Virus record (IMG/VR): IMGVR_UViG_3300010370_000029
Span: 23,474-87,473 of that record
Source: a virus
DNA length: 64,000 nt
Direction: 5' to 3' (one strand)
Below, in pieces: positions 1 to 8,356 of the stretch. Below the pieces are notes generated by a model that had not been told where the DNA came from, did not search any database, and worked only from the letters and a program-made list of their open reading frames with translations. Each line of letters begins with the position of its first letter. The stretch's first letter is position 1. The position numbers and the translations under genes are program-made.

Positions 1-252
1 AATATTGTTGTGGGGTCATTGAAGGCTGGACACCAACCTCCGGCTTCCACTATTTCCGTACATCGGAAAAAGCAAACCAATACAATATACACCATTAATG
101 CATTAAATGCTCTTATCGCAAGTAAGAATGGTGGTATTATTGATAAGGCGTATAGGGTAAATTGGGATGAATTAAAGAATTCTATTCTAGTTACGGCCCA
201 CGGCCAATTAAAAATAGTTCGTACTAAAATACAACAAATTCTGAATTTCTAA
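1..252 (+). CDS. hypothetical phage protein, probably truncated at the window start
   Basis: Open frame ending at TAA 252 (HRKKQTNTIYTINALN...); the true start probably lies upstream of the window. Confidence 0.6.
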   Translation, partial: NIVVGSLKAGHQPPASTISVHRKKQTNTIYTINALNALIASKNGGIIDKAYRVNWDELKNSILVTAHGQLKIVRTKIQQILNF

Positions 253-259
253 ACTGCAC

Positions 260-288
260 TTGACAAACTAAATTTTTGGTAGTATACT
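260..288 (+). promoter_or_regulatory. sigma70-type promoter
   Basis: TTGACA(260-265)-17 bp-TATACT(283-288) upstream of the SSB gene. Confidence 0.8.
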
Positions 289-355
289 TCAAGACACTTG
301 GGGTAAACTACTTGTTATAAACACCCTAAACACTCTAAACACAAGGAGAAGTACA

Positions 356-1150
356 ATGGCGTTAGACATTAATGCACTAAAGAGCAAGCTGAACAGTTTC
401 AAGCGTACCGGCGGTGGGGACCGCGATACCGCTATCTGGAAGCCCAAGGAAGGCAAGACGGTCATCCGTATCGTCCCGTGGAAGGATAACCCCGCGAATC
501 CCTTTATCGAACTTTACTTCCACTATCTCGGCAACAAGACTTATCTTTCACCTCTCTCGTATGGTAATCGTGACCCGATTGCGGAGTTTGCTGATTCCGT
601 TCGGAATGATACCCAGCGTGAGCCCGATGCGAAGGCTCGGTATGCGGAGGCTCGTCCGTTTATGCCGAAGCTCCGTACCTACATTCCTGTCATCGTTCGT
701 GGTGAAGAGGATAAGGGTGTTCGCTTCTACTCGTTCGGTAAGACGGTCTATCAGGAACTTCTTTCCTACATCTCTGACCCCGATTACGGCGATATCACCG
801 ATGTTAAGACTGGTCGTGACATCGTAGTTGAGTACATTCCGAAGGAGAAGTCGGATACCAGTTTCGCCAAGACTTCGGTAAAGGTCAAGCCGTCACAGAC
901 TCCGCTTTCGTCGGACGCTTCACAGGCGAATCTGTGGATGACCACTCAGCCCGATATCAAGGAGCTTTATACGGAGCCGACCTACAACGAGCTGAAGGTC
1001 ACGCTTGAGAAGTATCTTGACCCTGATAATGCGGTCATCACTCCCGCTCGTGAGGCTGAGGAGCCGAAGGCTGTTACGGCTACCGCTGCCGCTCCAAAGG
1101 AGAACGTCAAGAACGCCGTTGATGCGTTTGACGAGCTGTTCAACGATTAA
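356..1150 (+). CDS. single-stranded DNA-binding protein, T4 gp32-like
   Basis: WKP..G...IRIVP, acidic C-terminal tail (DAFDELFND), AAGGAG RBS, located before recA. Confidence 0.8.
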   Translation: MALDINALKSKLNSFKRTGGGDRDTAIWKPKEGKTVIRIVPWKDNPANPFIELYFHYLGNKTYLSPLSYGNRDPIAEFADSVRNDTQREPDAKARYAEARPFMPKLRTYIPVIVRGEEDKGVRFYSFGKTVYQELLSYISDPDYGDITDVKTGRDIVVEYIPKEKSDTSFAKTSVKVKPSQTPLSSDASQANLWMTTQPDIKELYTEPTYNELKVTLEKYLDPDNAVITPAREAEEPKAVTATAAAPKENVKNAVDAFDELFND

Positions 1151-1156
1151 TTAACC

Positions 1157-1212
1157 AAAGACACGCTGTGGTGCTAGGTAGCCTTAAAACTACCTAGCCC
1201 CTGCGTGTTTTG
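1157..1212 (+). terminator. long stem-loop, terminator or processing site
   Basis: ACACGC/GCGTGT and GCTAGGTAG/CTACCTAGC inverted repeats followed by TTTTG. Confidence 0.6.
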
Positions 1213-1229
1213 TTACATAAAGGAACATT

Positions 1230-2393
1230 ATGGCTAAGGAAACAAAATCACCAAAGAAGCCAGTGCCATCCGCTGACCGCGATGAACTGGCCCAAGTTAT
1301 CGCAGATAGCTTGAACAAGTTGTACAAGGATGGACAAGTTGCCTACTTCCTTGATGGAGAAGAGGAAACCCCGACTGATTTGACCGATTTCATTTCAACG
1401 GGAAATACGATGTTGGATATCGCAATCAGTAATCGTCCGAACGGTGGTATTGCCGCCGGTCGTATCACAGAGTTGACGGGATTAGAAGCATCGGGTAAGT
1501 CGTTGGTCGGTGCACAACTTATTGCTACCACACAGAAGCGTGGTGGTGTTGCGGTTCTTATTGATACCGAAAATGCGGTCAATGATGAATTCTTCTCTGC
1601 CGTTGGTGTAGATATGAAGAAGTTGGTCTACGTTCAGCACGATACGGTTGAAGATATCTTTGATTCTATTGTGAACATCATCGAGAAGGTTCGTTCCGCT
1701 GCAAAGAAGGATAAGTTGGTCACTATCGTTGTTGACTCTGTTGCCGCCGCTTCGACCAAGACGGAAATGGCTGCGGACTTCAATAAGGATGGATACGCAA
1801 CGGCAAAGTCCATCATTATCAGTAAGGCGATGAGAAAGATTACGAATCTTTTGGGTCGTGAAAAGATTGCTCTCGTATTCACCAATCAGCTCCGTTTGAA
1901 GATGAACGCTCCTGCGTTCTCTGACCCCTACACCACTTCTGGTGGTAAGGCAATCGGATTCCACGCTTCGACTCGTATTCGTTTGTCACAAGTCGGTAAG
2001 TTGAAGGATTCGGCTGGGAACATCATTGGTATCACTACGAAGGCGGTCATCACCAAGAATCGTTTGGGCCCGCCATATCGTGAAGCTGAATTCAATATTT
2101 ACTTCAATCGTGGTATTGACGATTACAGCAGTTGGTTGGATGTCTTGAAAGAAAACGGCATCATCAAGCAATCTGGTGCATGGTATTCATACAATGATGA
2201 GAAGTTCCAAAGTAAGGAATTCCCAGCGTTCCTTGAAGCTGACCAAGAACGGAAGGCTGACTTGTACGATAAGATTTGTGAAGCGATGATTATGAAGTAC
2301 GAGAAGGACTTCGACCCATCTGCGGTCAACAAGGAATCAGCAGAGGATGAGGACGAGGTATCACCATCTAAAAAGCAACTATTAAATGACTGA
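1230..2393 (+). CDS. recA: RecA/UvsX recombinase
   Basis: Walker A GLEASGKS, IVVDSVAA, FTNQLR, TTSGGKAIGFHAS, GAWYSY. Confidence 0.95.
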   Translation: MAKETKSPKKPVPSADRDELAQVIADSLNKLYKDGQVAYFLDGEEETPTDLTDFISTGNTMLDIAISNRPNGGIAAGRITELTGLEASGKSLVGAQLIATTQKRGGVAVLIDTENAVNDEFFSAVGVDMKKLVYVQHDTVEDIFDSIVNIIEKVRSAAKKDKLVTIVVDSVAAASTKTEMAADFNKDGYATAKSIIISKAMRKITNLLGREKIALVFTNQLRLKMNAPAFSDPYTTSGGKAIGFHASTRIRLSQVGKLKDSAGNIIGITTKAVITKNRLGPPYREAEFNIYFNRGIDDYSSWLDVLKENGIIKQSGAWYSYNDEKFQSKEFPAFLEADQERKADLYDKICEAMIMKYEKDFDPSAVNKESAEDEDEVSPSKKQLLND

Positions 2394-3429
2394 TTTACTG
2401 AAGGTTTTCGATAGTATGAACTTCGATAGCGATAAGGGCACTGGATACAACTCCCGTGTCCTTATCGTAGATGCCCTTAACACATTCATGCGGAGTTATG
2501 CCGCTATTCCCACATTAGATGATGACGGGAATCATATCGGGGGAATGGCGGGATTTATGAAATCTTTGGGGTTTGCTATTCGTAGCTTCAAACCTACCAG
2601 AGTCGTGTTGGTATTTGATGGTAAGGGTGGGTCACAACGTCGGCGGAAGATTTACAAGAATTATAAGGCAAATCGGAAGCCACCCACTCGTTTGAATCGT
2701 TCGTATGATATGACTACGGATGAGCAAGAACGAGAGAATATGAAGTGGCAACTAGTGTCATTGGTAGAGATGGTAGAGTGCTTACCCGTATCTATTTTGG
2801 CATTAGATTATATTGAAGCAGATGATGCGATTGCCTATATGTCGGAGTTGGTTACAAAGAATGGTGGTACATCCATCATCTATTCTACTGACAAAGACTT
2901 TATGCAGATGGTCAATGAGAATGTCAAGGTCTATAATCCCGTCAAGAAAAAGACATTTGATATTGATATAATTCTGGAAACTTATGGCGTACACCCGTCA
3001 AACTTCGTATTCTATCGGTCACTGCTTGGAGATAAGAGTGACAACATTGATGGAATCAAGGGGGCTGGGGAAAAGACAATATTAAAGTATATTCCAGAGT
3101 TCGCTAACTCGACTGTTGAGGTCAATTTGGACTTGATTGAACAAAAATATGCTGATAGTAAAAAGAAGCCTAAGCTAATAGAAAACATTTTAGATAATAG
3201 TAGTATTGTAAATAGAAATTTGCAATTAATGAATTTGCGTGATGTAGATATTAACGTTGATGCAAAGATGAAAATCTTACATAAGTTTGAAGAAGGATGC
3301 CCACCGCTTCGGAAGGCGGACTTGACAAAGCTGATGTTTAAGACTAAGATTATATCATCTATCCAAAATTACGATGAATGGATTACTTTTTCATTTGGTC
3401 CACTAGCGAGATATTATGGTAAATCATAA
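2386..3429 (+). CDS. 5'-3' exonuclease / flap endonuclease (T4 RNase H, PolI N-terminal-like)
   Basis: LIVDALN, VFDG, YKANR, EADD, STDKD and GDKSDNIDGIKGAGEKT motifs. Confidence 0.92.
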   Translation: MTDLLKVFDSMNFDSDKGTGYNSRVLIVDALNTFMRSYAAIPTLDDDGNHIGGMAGFMKSLGFAIRSFKPTRVVLVFDGKGGSQRRRKIYKNYKANRKPPTRLNRSYDMTTDEQERENMKWQLVSLVEMVECLPVSILALDYIEADDAIAYMSELVTKNGGTSIIYSTDKDFMQMVNENVKVYNPVKKKTFDIDIILETYGVHPSNFVFYRSLLGDKSDNIDGIKGAGEKTILKYIPEFANSTVEVNLDLIEQKYADSKKKPKLIENILDNSSIVNRNLQLMNLRDVDINVDAKMKILHKFEEGCPPLRKADLTKLMFKTKIISSIQNYDEWITFSFGPLARYYGKS

Positions 3430-4801
3430 GCAATACGATAAGAATGTAGATACGCTGGCAAAGTTCGGTCCTAGCTTCCAGTCCAAGGCTGTGGCTGCGA
3501 TGCTGAACTCGCCTGATTTCTTGGCACAATCGTTTGACGTTATCAACCCGAACTTCTTTGAGTTGGAAGCGAATCAATGGATTGTGGAAACGACTTTGGA
3601 ATATTTCAACGATTATAAGGTGCTTCCGACGTTGGAAGTCTTTAAGGTTGAGATGAACAAGTCGGTCAAGGATGATACTCTTCGCACATCAATCGTTGAA
3701 TCGCTCCGCGGTATTTTCCAGAAGATGAAGGACAATGATTTGGATTATATCAAGGATAGTTTCTTGGATTTCGCCAAAAACCAAACGCTCAAGTCTGCGA
3801 TTATCAAGTCAGTAGATTTGTTGCAGATGGGTCAGTATGGTGAAATCAAGACCATTATCGATGGTGCGATGCGAAGTGGTCAGCCCAAGACGGTCGGTCA
3901 CGATTGGAAGAAGGATATTGAACTTCGTCTAATGAAGAACGCCCGTAATACTATCGCTACGGGGTGGGATGCTATCGACGTTCTTATCGGTGGTGGATTG
4001 GCGGGCGGTGAGCTCGGCGTGGTCATCGCTCCGTCTGGTATTGGTAAGAGTTGGGCATTGGCAACTATTGGAGCTAATGCATTGAAGGCTGGGAAGAAAG
4101 TGGTTCATTATACCCTCGAATTAAATGAAAATTATGTCGGTCTACGATATGATACGATTTATACGGGGATTGAGCCGGGTAAGGTACCAGAACACCCAGA
4201 AATCATTCGGGAGCTGGTTGAGCAAATTAAGGGTGAAATTATTATTAAATATTATCCGGCTCGAACCATTACCTCACATACGATTCAGGCCCACGTTCAG
4301 CAGATGGCATCGCTGGGATTCAAGCCCGATGTTATTATCGTAGATTACGCTGATTTGATGAGTGCCACAGCCCGTACCGACGCCCGACATCAAGAGCTGG
4401 GTGCTATCTATGAAGAACTTCGTGGGTTGGCTGGTGAGTTGGGAGTTCCTATTTGGACGGCTTCACAAACTCAGCGGTCCAGTATCCAAGATGAAGTCAT
4501 TCAAGCAGATAAGATTGCTGAGTCCTATGCCAAGATTATGACCGCTGACTTGGTTATCTCTATCTCACGGAAGCTGGAAGACAAGGTTCATAAGACGGGT
4601 CGAGCACACGTTATTAAGAACCGATTTGGGGCCGATGGTCAGACGCTCCCGATGATTATTGACGCCGGTATCGGGAAGATTGAGATTTTTGATGAGGCGT
4701 CAGCAAAAGGTATTATGTTAAAGAAACAGATGCAAAATGGTGAAACGGTTACGAAACAAAATCTGGCTAAGAAGTTGTTGCAAATGGATTTAGAAGATTA
4801 A
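3416..4801 (+). CDS. replicative DnaB/gp41-like helicase
   Basis: Walker A APSGIGKS, IIVDYAD, WTASQ, KNRFG. Confidence 0.92.
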   Translation: MVNHKQYDKNVDTLAKFGPSFQSKAVAAMLNSPDFLAQSFDVINPNFFELEANQWIVETTLEYFNDYKVLPTLEVFKVEMNKSVKDDTLRTSIVESLRGIFQKMKDNDLDYIKDSFLDFAKNQTLKSAIIKSVDLLQMGQYGEIKTIIDGAMRSGQPKTVGHDWKKDIELRLMKNARNTIATGWDAIDVLIGGGLAGGELGVVIAPSGIGKSWALATIGANALKAGKKVVHYTLELNENYVGLRYDTIYTGIEPGKVPEHPEIIRELVEQIKGEIIIKYYPARTITSHTIQAHVQQMASLGFKPDVIIVDYADLMSATARTDARHQELGAIYEELRGLAGELGVPIWTASQTQRSSIQDEVIQADKIAESYAKIMTADLVISISRKLEDKVHKTGRAHVIKNRFGADGQTLPMIIDAGIGKIEIFDEASAKGIMLKKQMQNGETVTKQNLAKKLLQMDLED

Positions 4802-4845
4802 AAAATATCGTTGGGTATTCACCGTATTTTTCGAGAAGCAGTATA

Positions 4846-4854
4846 GTATTTATT
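4846..4854 (+). promoter_or_regulatory. putative late-type promoter motif (TATTTAT)
   Basis: GTATTTATT about 40 nt before nrdJ; the motif recurs before other operon heads. Confidence 0.4.
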
Positions 4855-4889
4855 TAACCACTAACCCCTAACGATTTTGGAGTAGCAGT

Positions 4890-6740
4890 ATGCAATTAGA
4901 AGCAAAAATCCTTTCTGAAATCACGACCTTTATGAAGTACTCGAAGTACATTCCGAGTAAGCAACGCCGTGAAACGTGGAAAGAATTAGTTGACAGAAAC
5001 AAAGAGATGCATTTAAAGAAGTTCCCACAACTTACACAAGAAATTGAAGAAGCATATCAATTCGTTTACGATAAGAAGATTCTTCCATCCATGCGTTCAC
5101 TTCAATTTGCTGGTAAGCCAATTGAAATCAATAACGCTCGGTTATACAATTGCTGCTTCCTTCCAATCGACCACACGGATGCTTTCAGTGAAGTGATGTT
5201 CCTTCTTCTTTCTGGAACAGGTGTAGGTTATTCGGTACAGCGTGCACACGTAGAAAAGTTACCAGAAATTAATAAGCCAACCAAGTCCCGCCGTTACCTC
5301 GTCGGTGACAGTATCGAAGGTTGGGCAGATGCAGTGAAGGTGATGATTGCTGCATATATGAAGGGTAAGGCTCTTCCGATTTATGATTTTAGCGATGTTC
5401 GTCCAAAGGGCGCATTACTCTTGACCTCTGGTGGTAAGGCACCTGGTCCAGAACCGCTCAAGGATTGCTTACACAATATCCAAAAGATTTTCGACCGTAA
5501 GCAAAACGGCGATAAGCTCAGTACCCTTGAAGTACACGATATGTTGTGCTTCATCGCTGATGCAGTATTGTCTGGTGGTATTCGTCGTTCCGCAATGATT
5601 TCATTATTCGATTTGGACGATGATGATATGTTGACTTGTAAGTTCGGCAACTGGTGGGAAACCAATCCACAACGTGGTCGTTCAAACAATTCAGCAGTTA
5701 TCCTTCGTCACAAGGTTGAACAAGAAGTATTCTTAGACTTGTGGAAGAAGATTGAAATGAGTGGTTCAGGCGAACCAGGCTTCTTCTTTACGAACGATGC
5801 AAATTGGGGATTAAATCCTTGTGCAGAAATCAGTCTCCGTCCGTTCCAATTCTGTAACTTGACCACCATCAATGCTGGCGATATCAAGGACCAAGCTGAT
5901 TACAACGCCCGTGCAAAGGCAGCAGCGTTCATCGGAACACTTCAAGCAAGTTATACTAACTTCCATTATCTCCGTGATATTTGGAAACGCACCACAGAAA
6001 AGGAAGCACTTATCGGTGTTTCGATGACGGGTATTGCATCGGGTACTGTATTAAATTTGGATATGAAGGAAGCTGCTAATGTTGTGAAGGAAGAAAACGC
6101 ACGTGTGGCGGAAGTGATTGGGACCAACAAGGCTGCACGAACCACCACTGTCAAGCCCGAAGGAACCTCGTCACTAGTATTAGGAACTTCTTCTGGTATT
6201 CACGCTTGGCATAACGACTTCTATGTTCGTCGTGTCCGTGTTGGAAAGAACGAAAGTATCTACCAATACTTGGTTGACAATCATCCAGAAATTGTTGAGG
6301 ACGAATTCTTCAAGCCGAAGCAACAAGCAGTTATCTCCGTTCCACAAAAGGCTCCAAAGGGTGCTATCACTCGTCAAGAATCTGCACTCGACTTATTGGC
6401 TCGTACCAGTAAGGTCTGGAAGGAATGGGTAAAGGCTGGCCACCGTAAGGGTGAAAACAAGAATAACGTATCTGTCACCGTAACCATCAAGCCAGATGAA
6501 TGGGTTGGTGTTGGTGAATGGATGTGGGAGAATCGTGAGAACTTCACCGCATTGTCAGTTCTTCCATACTCAGACCACAGCTATATGCAAGCACCGTTCG
6601 AAGATATTGATGAAGCACAATACAACGAAATGGTTGGTCACTTACACAAGATTGACTTAACCAAGGTAGTTGAAGTCGAAGATAATACCGACCTTGCAGG
6701 TGAAGTTGCTTGTGGTGGCGGTGGGTGTGAGGTGCAATAA
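4890..6740 (+). CDS. nrdJ: class II (adenosylcobalamin-dependent) ribonucleotide reductase, monomeric RTPR type
   Basis: LPSMRSL, YNCCF, GGIRRSA, NPCAEI, TTVKPEGT, C-terminal CGGGGC; no R2 subunit gene in the window. Confidence 0.9.
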   Translation: MQLEAKILSEITTFMKYSKYIPSKQRRETWKELVDRNKEMHLKKFPQLTQEIEEAYQFVYDKKILPSMRSLQFAGKPIEINNARLYNCCFLPIDHTDAFSEVMFLLLSGTGVGYSVQRAHVEKLPEINKPTKSRRYLVGDSIEGWADAVKVMIAAYMKGKALPIYDFSDVRPKGALLLTSGGKAPGPEPLKDCLHNIQKIFDRKQNGDKLSTLEVHDMLCFIADAVLSGGIRRSAMISLFDLDDDDMLTCKFGNWWETNPQRGRSNNSAVILRHKVEQEVFLDLWKKIEMSGSGEPGFFFTNDANWGLNPCAEISLRPFQFCNLTTINAGDIKDQADYNARAKAAAFIGTLQASYTNFHYLRDIWKRTTEKEALIGVSMTGIASGTVLNLDMKEAANVVKEENARVAEVIGTNKAARTTTVKPEGTSSLVLGTSSGIHAWHNDFYVRRVRVGKNESIYQYLVDNHPEIVEDEFFKPKQQAVISVPQKAPKGAITRQESALDLLARTSKVWKEWVKAGHRKGENKNNVSVTVTIKPDEWVGVGEWMWENRENFTALSVLPYSDHSYMQAPFEDIDEAQYNEMVGHLHKIDLTKVVEVEDNTDLAGEVACGGGGCEVQ

Positions 6741-7045
6741 TGCAGGAGTTGACGTTACAACAGTTTGAAGAAAAGTTGGCATCCAAGGAACCCTTTGTCG
6801 TAGATTTTTGGGCTCCTTGGTGCCCAACCTGCATCGAAATGTTACCAACCGTAGAGGAATTAGCAAAGGAGTCAGAGATTCCTTTTTATAAGGTCAATGT
6901 TGATGAGCAACCAGAATTGAAAGAAAAGAACCGAATTAAGGCTATTCCAATGTTGATGTTCTATAAGGAAGGCCGGACAAGAGAATTCTTATACGGTAAG
7001 AATGAAAAGACCAAGATAGAGCAGAAGCTAAATCGCATCAAGTGA
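6740..7045 (+). CDS. thioredoxin
   Basis: DFWAPWCPTC, KVNVDE, IP motif. Confidence 0.9.
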   Translation: MQELTLQQFEEKLASKEPFVVDFWAPWCPTCIEMLPTVEELAKESEIPFYKVNVDEQPELKEKNRIKAIPMLMFYKEGRTREFLYGKNEKTKIEQKLNRIK

Positions 7046-7052
7046 GGTTATT

Positions 7053-7442
7053 ATGATAATTGATTTAACGCCAGAAACCTTCTTTCAGCACATAAAGAAA
7101 GAAGGACCGCTTCACGTGGTAATGCATTATGGAGCAACGTGTAATCCATGCAAAGTTACCATGCCTCAATATGAATTATTGGCGAATCATTTTGATGAAC
7201 ACAATATTACTAATGTGAAGTTTTATAGATTTCATCAATGGGAGCAGGAGTATAGACCCTTTATTGATGAACATAATCTAAATACAAAAGGTGTTCCAAC
7301 TTTTAGATATTTTTATTATGGTGATATCTTGGATGAAGAAACGCGAGTATATCACGATGCAAATCATATTAAAGAAAAAATAGTAGAAGTAGTAAAAGGA
7401 ATTGAAGATACAATGGGAGGTTTTAATTTACATGAAAGTTAA
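7053..7442 (+). CDS. thioredoxin-like protein
   Basis: CNPC redox motif and GVPTF cis-Pro loop. Confidence 0.8.
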   Translation: MIIDLTPETFFQHIKKEGPLHVVMHYGATCNPCKVTMPQYELLANHFDEHNITNVKFYRFHQWEQEYRPFIDEHNLNTKGVPTFRYFYYGDILDEETRVYHDANHIKEKIVEVVKGIEDTMGGFNLHES

Positions 7443-7878
7443 ACGATTATCACAAAATGCAACACCGCCACAAAAAGCACACGCTGGAGATTTAGGATAT
7501 GATTTATTTGCCAGTGAAGGCGCTGCAATTTTTCCAAGTGAAACGAAAGTGGTTAAAACAGGAATCGCTATTCAGTTTCCAGCAGGATATGGTGGGATTA
7601 TCAAGGACCGCTCCTCTGTGGCTACGAAGAAAGGATTGTTTACTGTGGCTGGGGTTATTGATAATGGGTATATTGGTGAAATTTGCATAGCTCTTCACAA
7701 CGGAACCGATAGCTTAGTTCATATAGCGCCTGGTGAAAAGATTGCACAACTTGTTCTTATTCCTACGGTAAGTTTTGATATAGAAGAAGTAGACGAGTTA
7801 GTATCGGCAGACCAACGTGGTGTTGGTGGGTTTGGGTCTACGGGTACCACGGCAGTCCCGCATGATTTATACAAGTGA
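7432..7878 (+). CDS. dut: trimeric dUTPase
   Basis: GYDL, DRSS, GVIDNGYIGE, IAQLV, RGVGGFGSTG; start placed at ATG 7432 behind GGAGG. Confidence 0.95.
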   Translation: MKVKRLSQNATPPQKAHAGDLGYDLFASEGAAIFPSETKVVKTGIAIQFPAGYGGIIKDRSSVATKKGLFTVAGVIDNGYIGEICIALHNGTDSLVHIAPGEKIAQLVLIPTVSFDIEEVDELVSADQRGVGGFGSTGTTAVPHDLYK

Positions 7879-7928
7879 GTAGACACTACTTATAGGAAAC
7901 CCCCAACCGAGATGTCGCATGAGAGTTT

Positions 7929-8309
7929 ATGTCACGGCGTAAGAATGGTAAGAAGGTTTCCAAGGTCAATACCATAGAAACAAAGGTTGCGACAATATTA
8001 GAATCAATGAACGTCCCGTTCGAACAACAAGTATCGATTGATAGATATACAGTAGATTTTCTCGTAGACAAGAAGTATATTGTGGAGTGTTATGGTGACT
8101 TTTGGCACTGTAATCCCCATCAATATACTTCTTCGTATTTTAATAGAGGTAAAAAGAAAACCGCAGAAGAAATCTGGGAACGTGATAATCAACGGAAAGA
8201 ACACTTCCAAAAATTGGGATATAAATTCCTTTGTTTGTGGGAAAGTGACATTCGTAACAACCCAAAGATTGTGCGGTCTAAAATAAAACGTAATATTAAG
8301 CTGGATTGA
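7929..8309 (+). CDS. Vsr/DUF559-like endonuclease
   Basis: VDF...VECYGDFWH, RD..R, LGY..L.LWE. Confidence 0.75.
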   Translation: MSRRKNGKKVSKVNTIETKVATILESMNVPFEQQVSIDRYTVDFLVDKKYIVECYGDFWHCNPHQYTSSYFNRGKKKTAEEIWERDNQRKEHFQKLGYKFLCLWESDIRNNPKIVRSKIKRNIKLD

Positions 8310-8334
8310 CAAACGGATGTGAAGCCGTTATACT
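8306..8334 (+). promoter_or_regulatory. sigma70-type promoter
   Basis: TTGACA-17-TATACT upstream of the DNA polymerase. Confidence 0.8.
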
Positions 8335-8356
8335 TAAAGGATAACGGAGGTTATTT

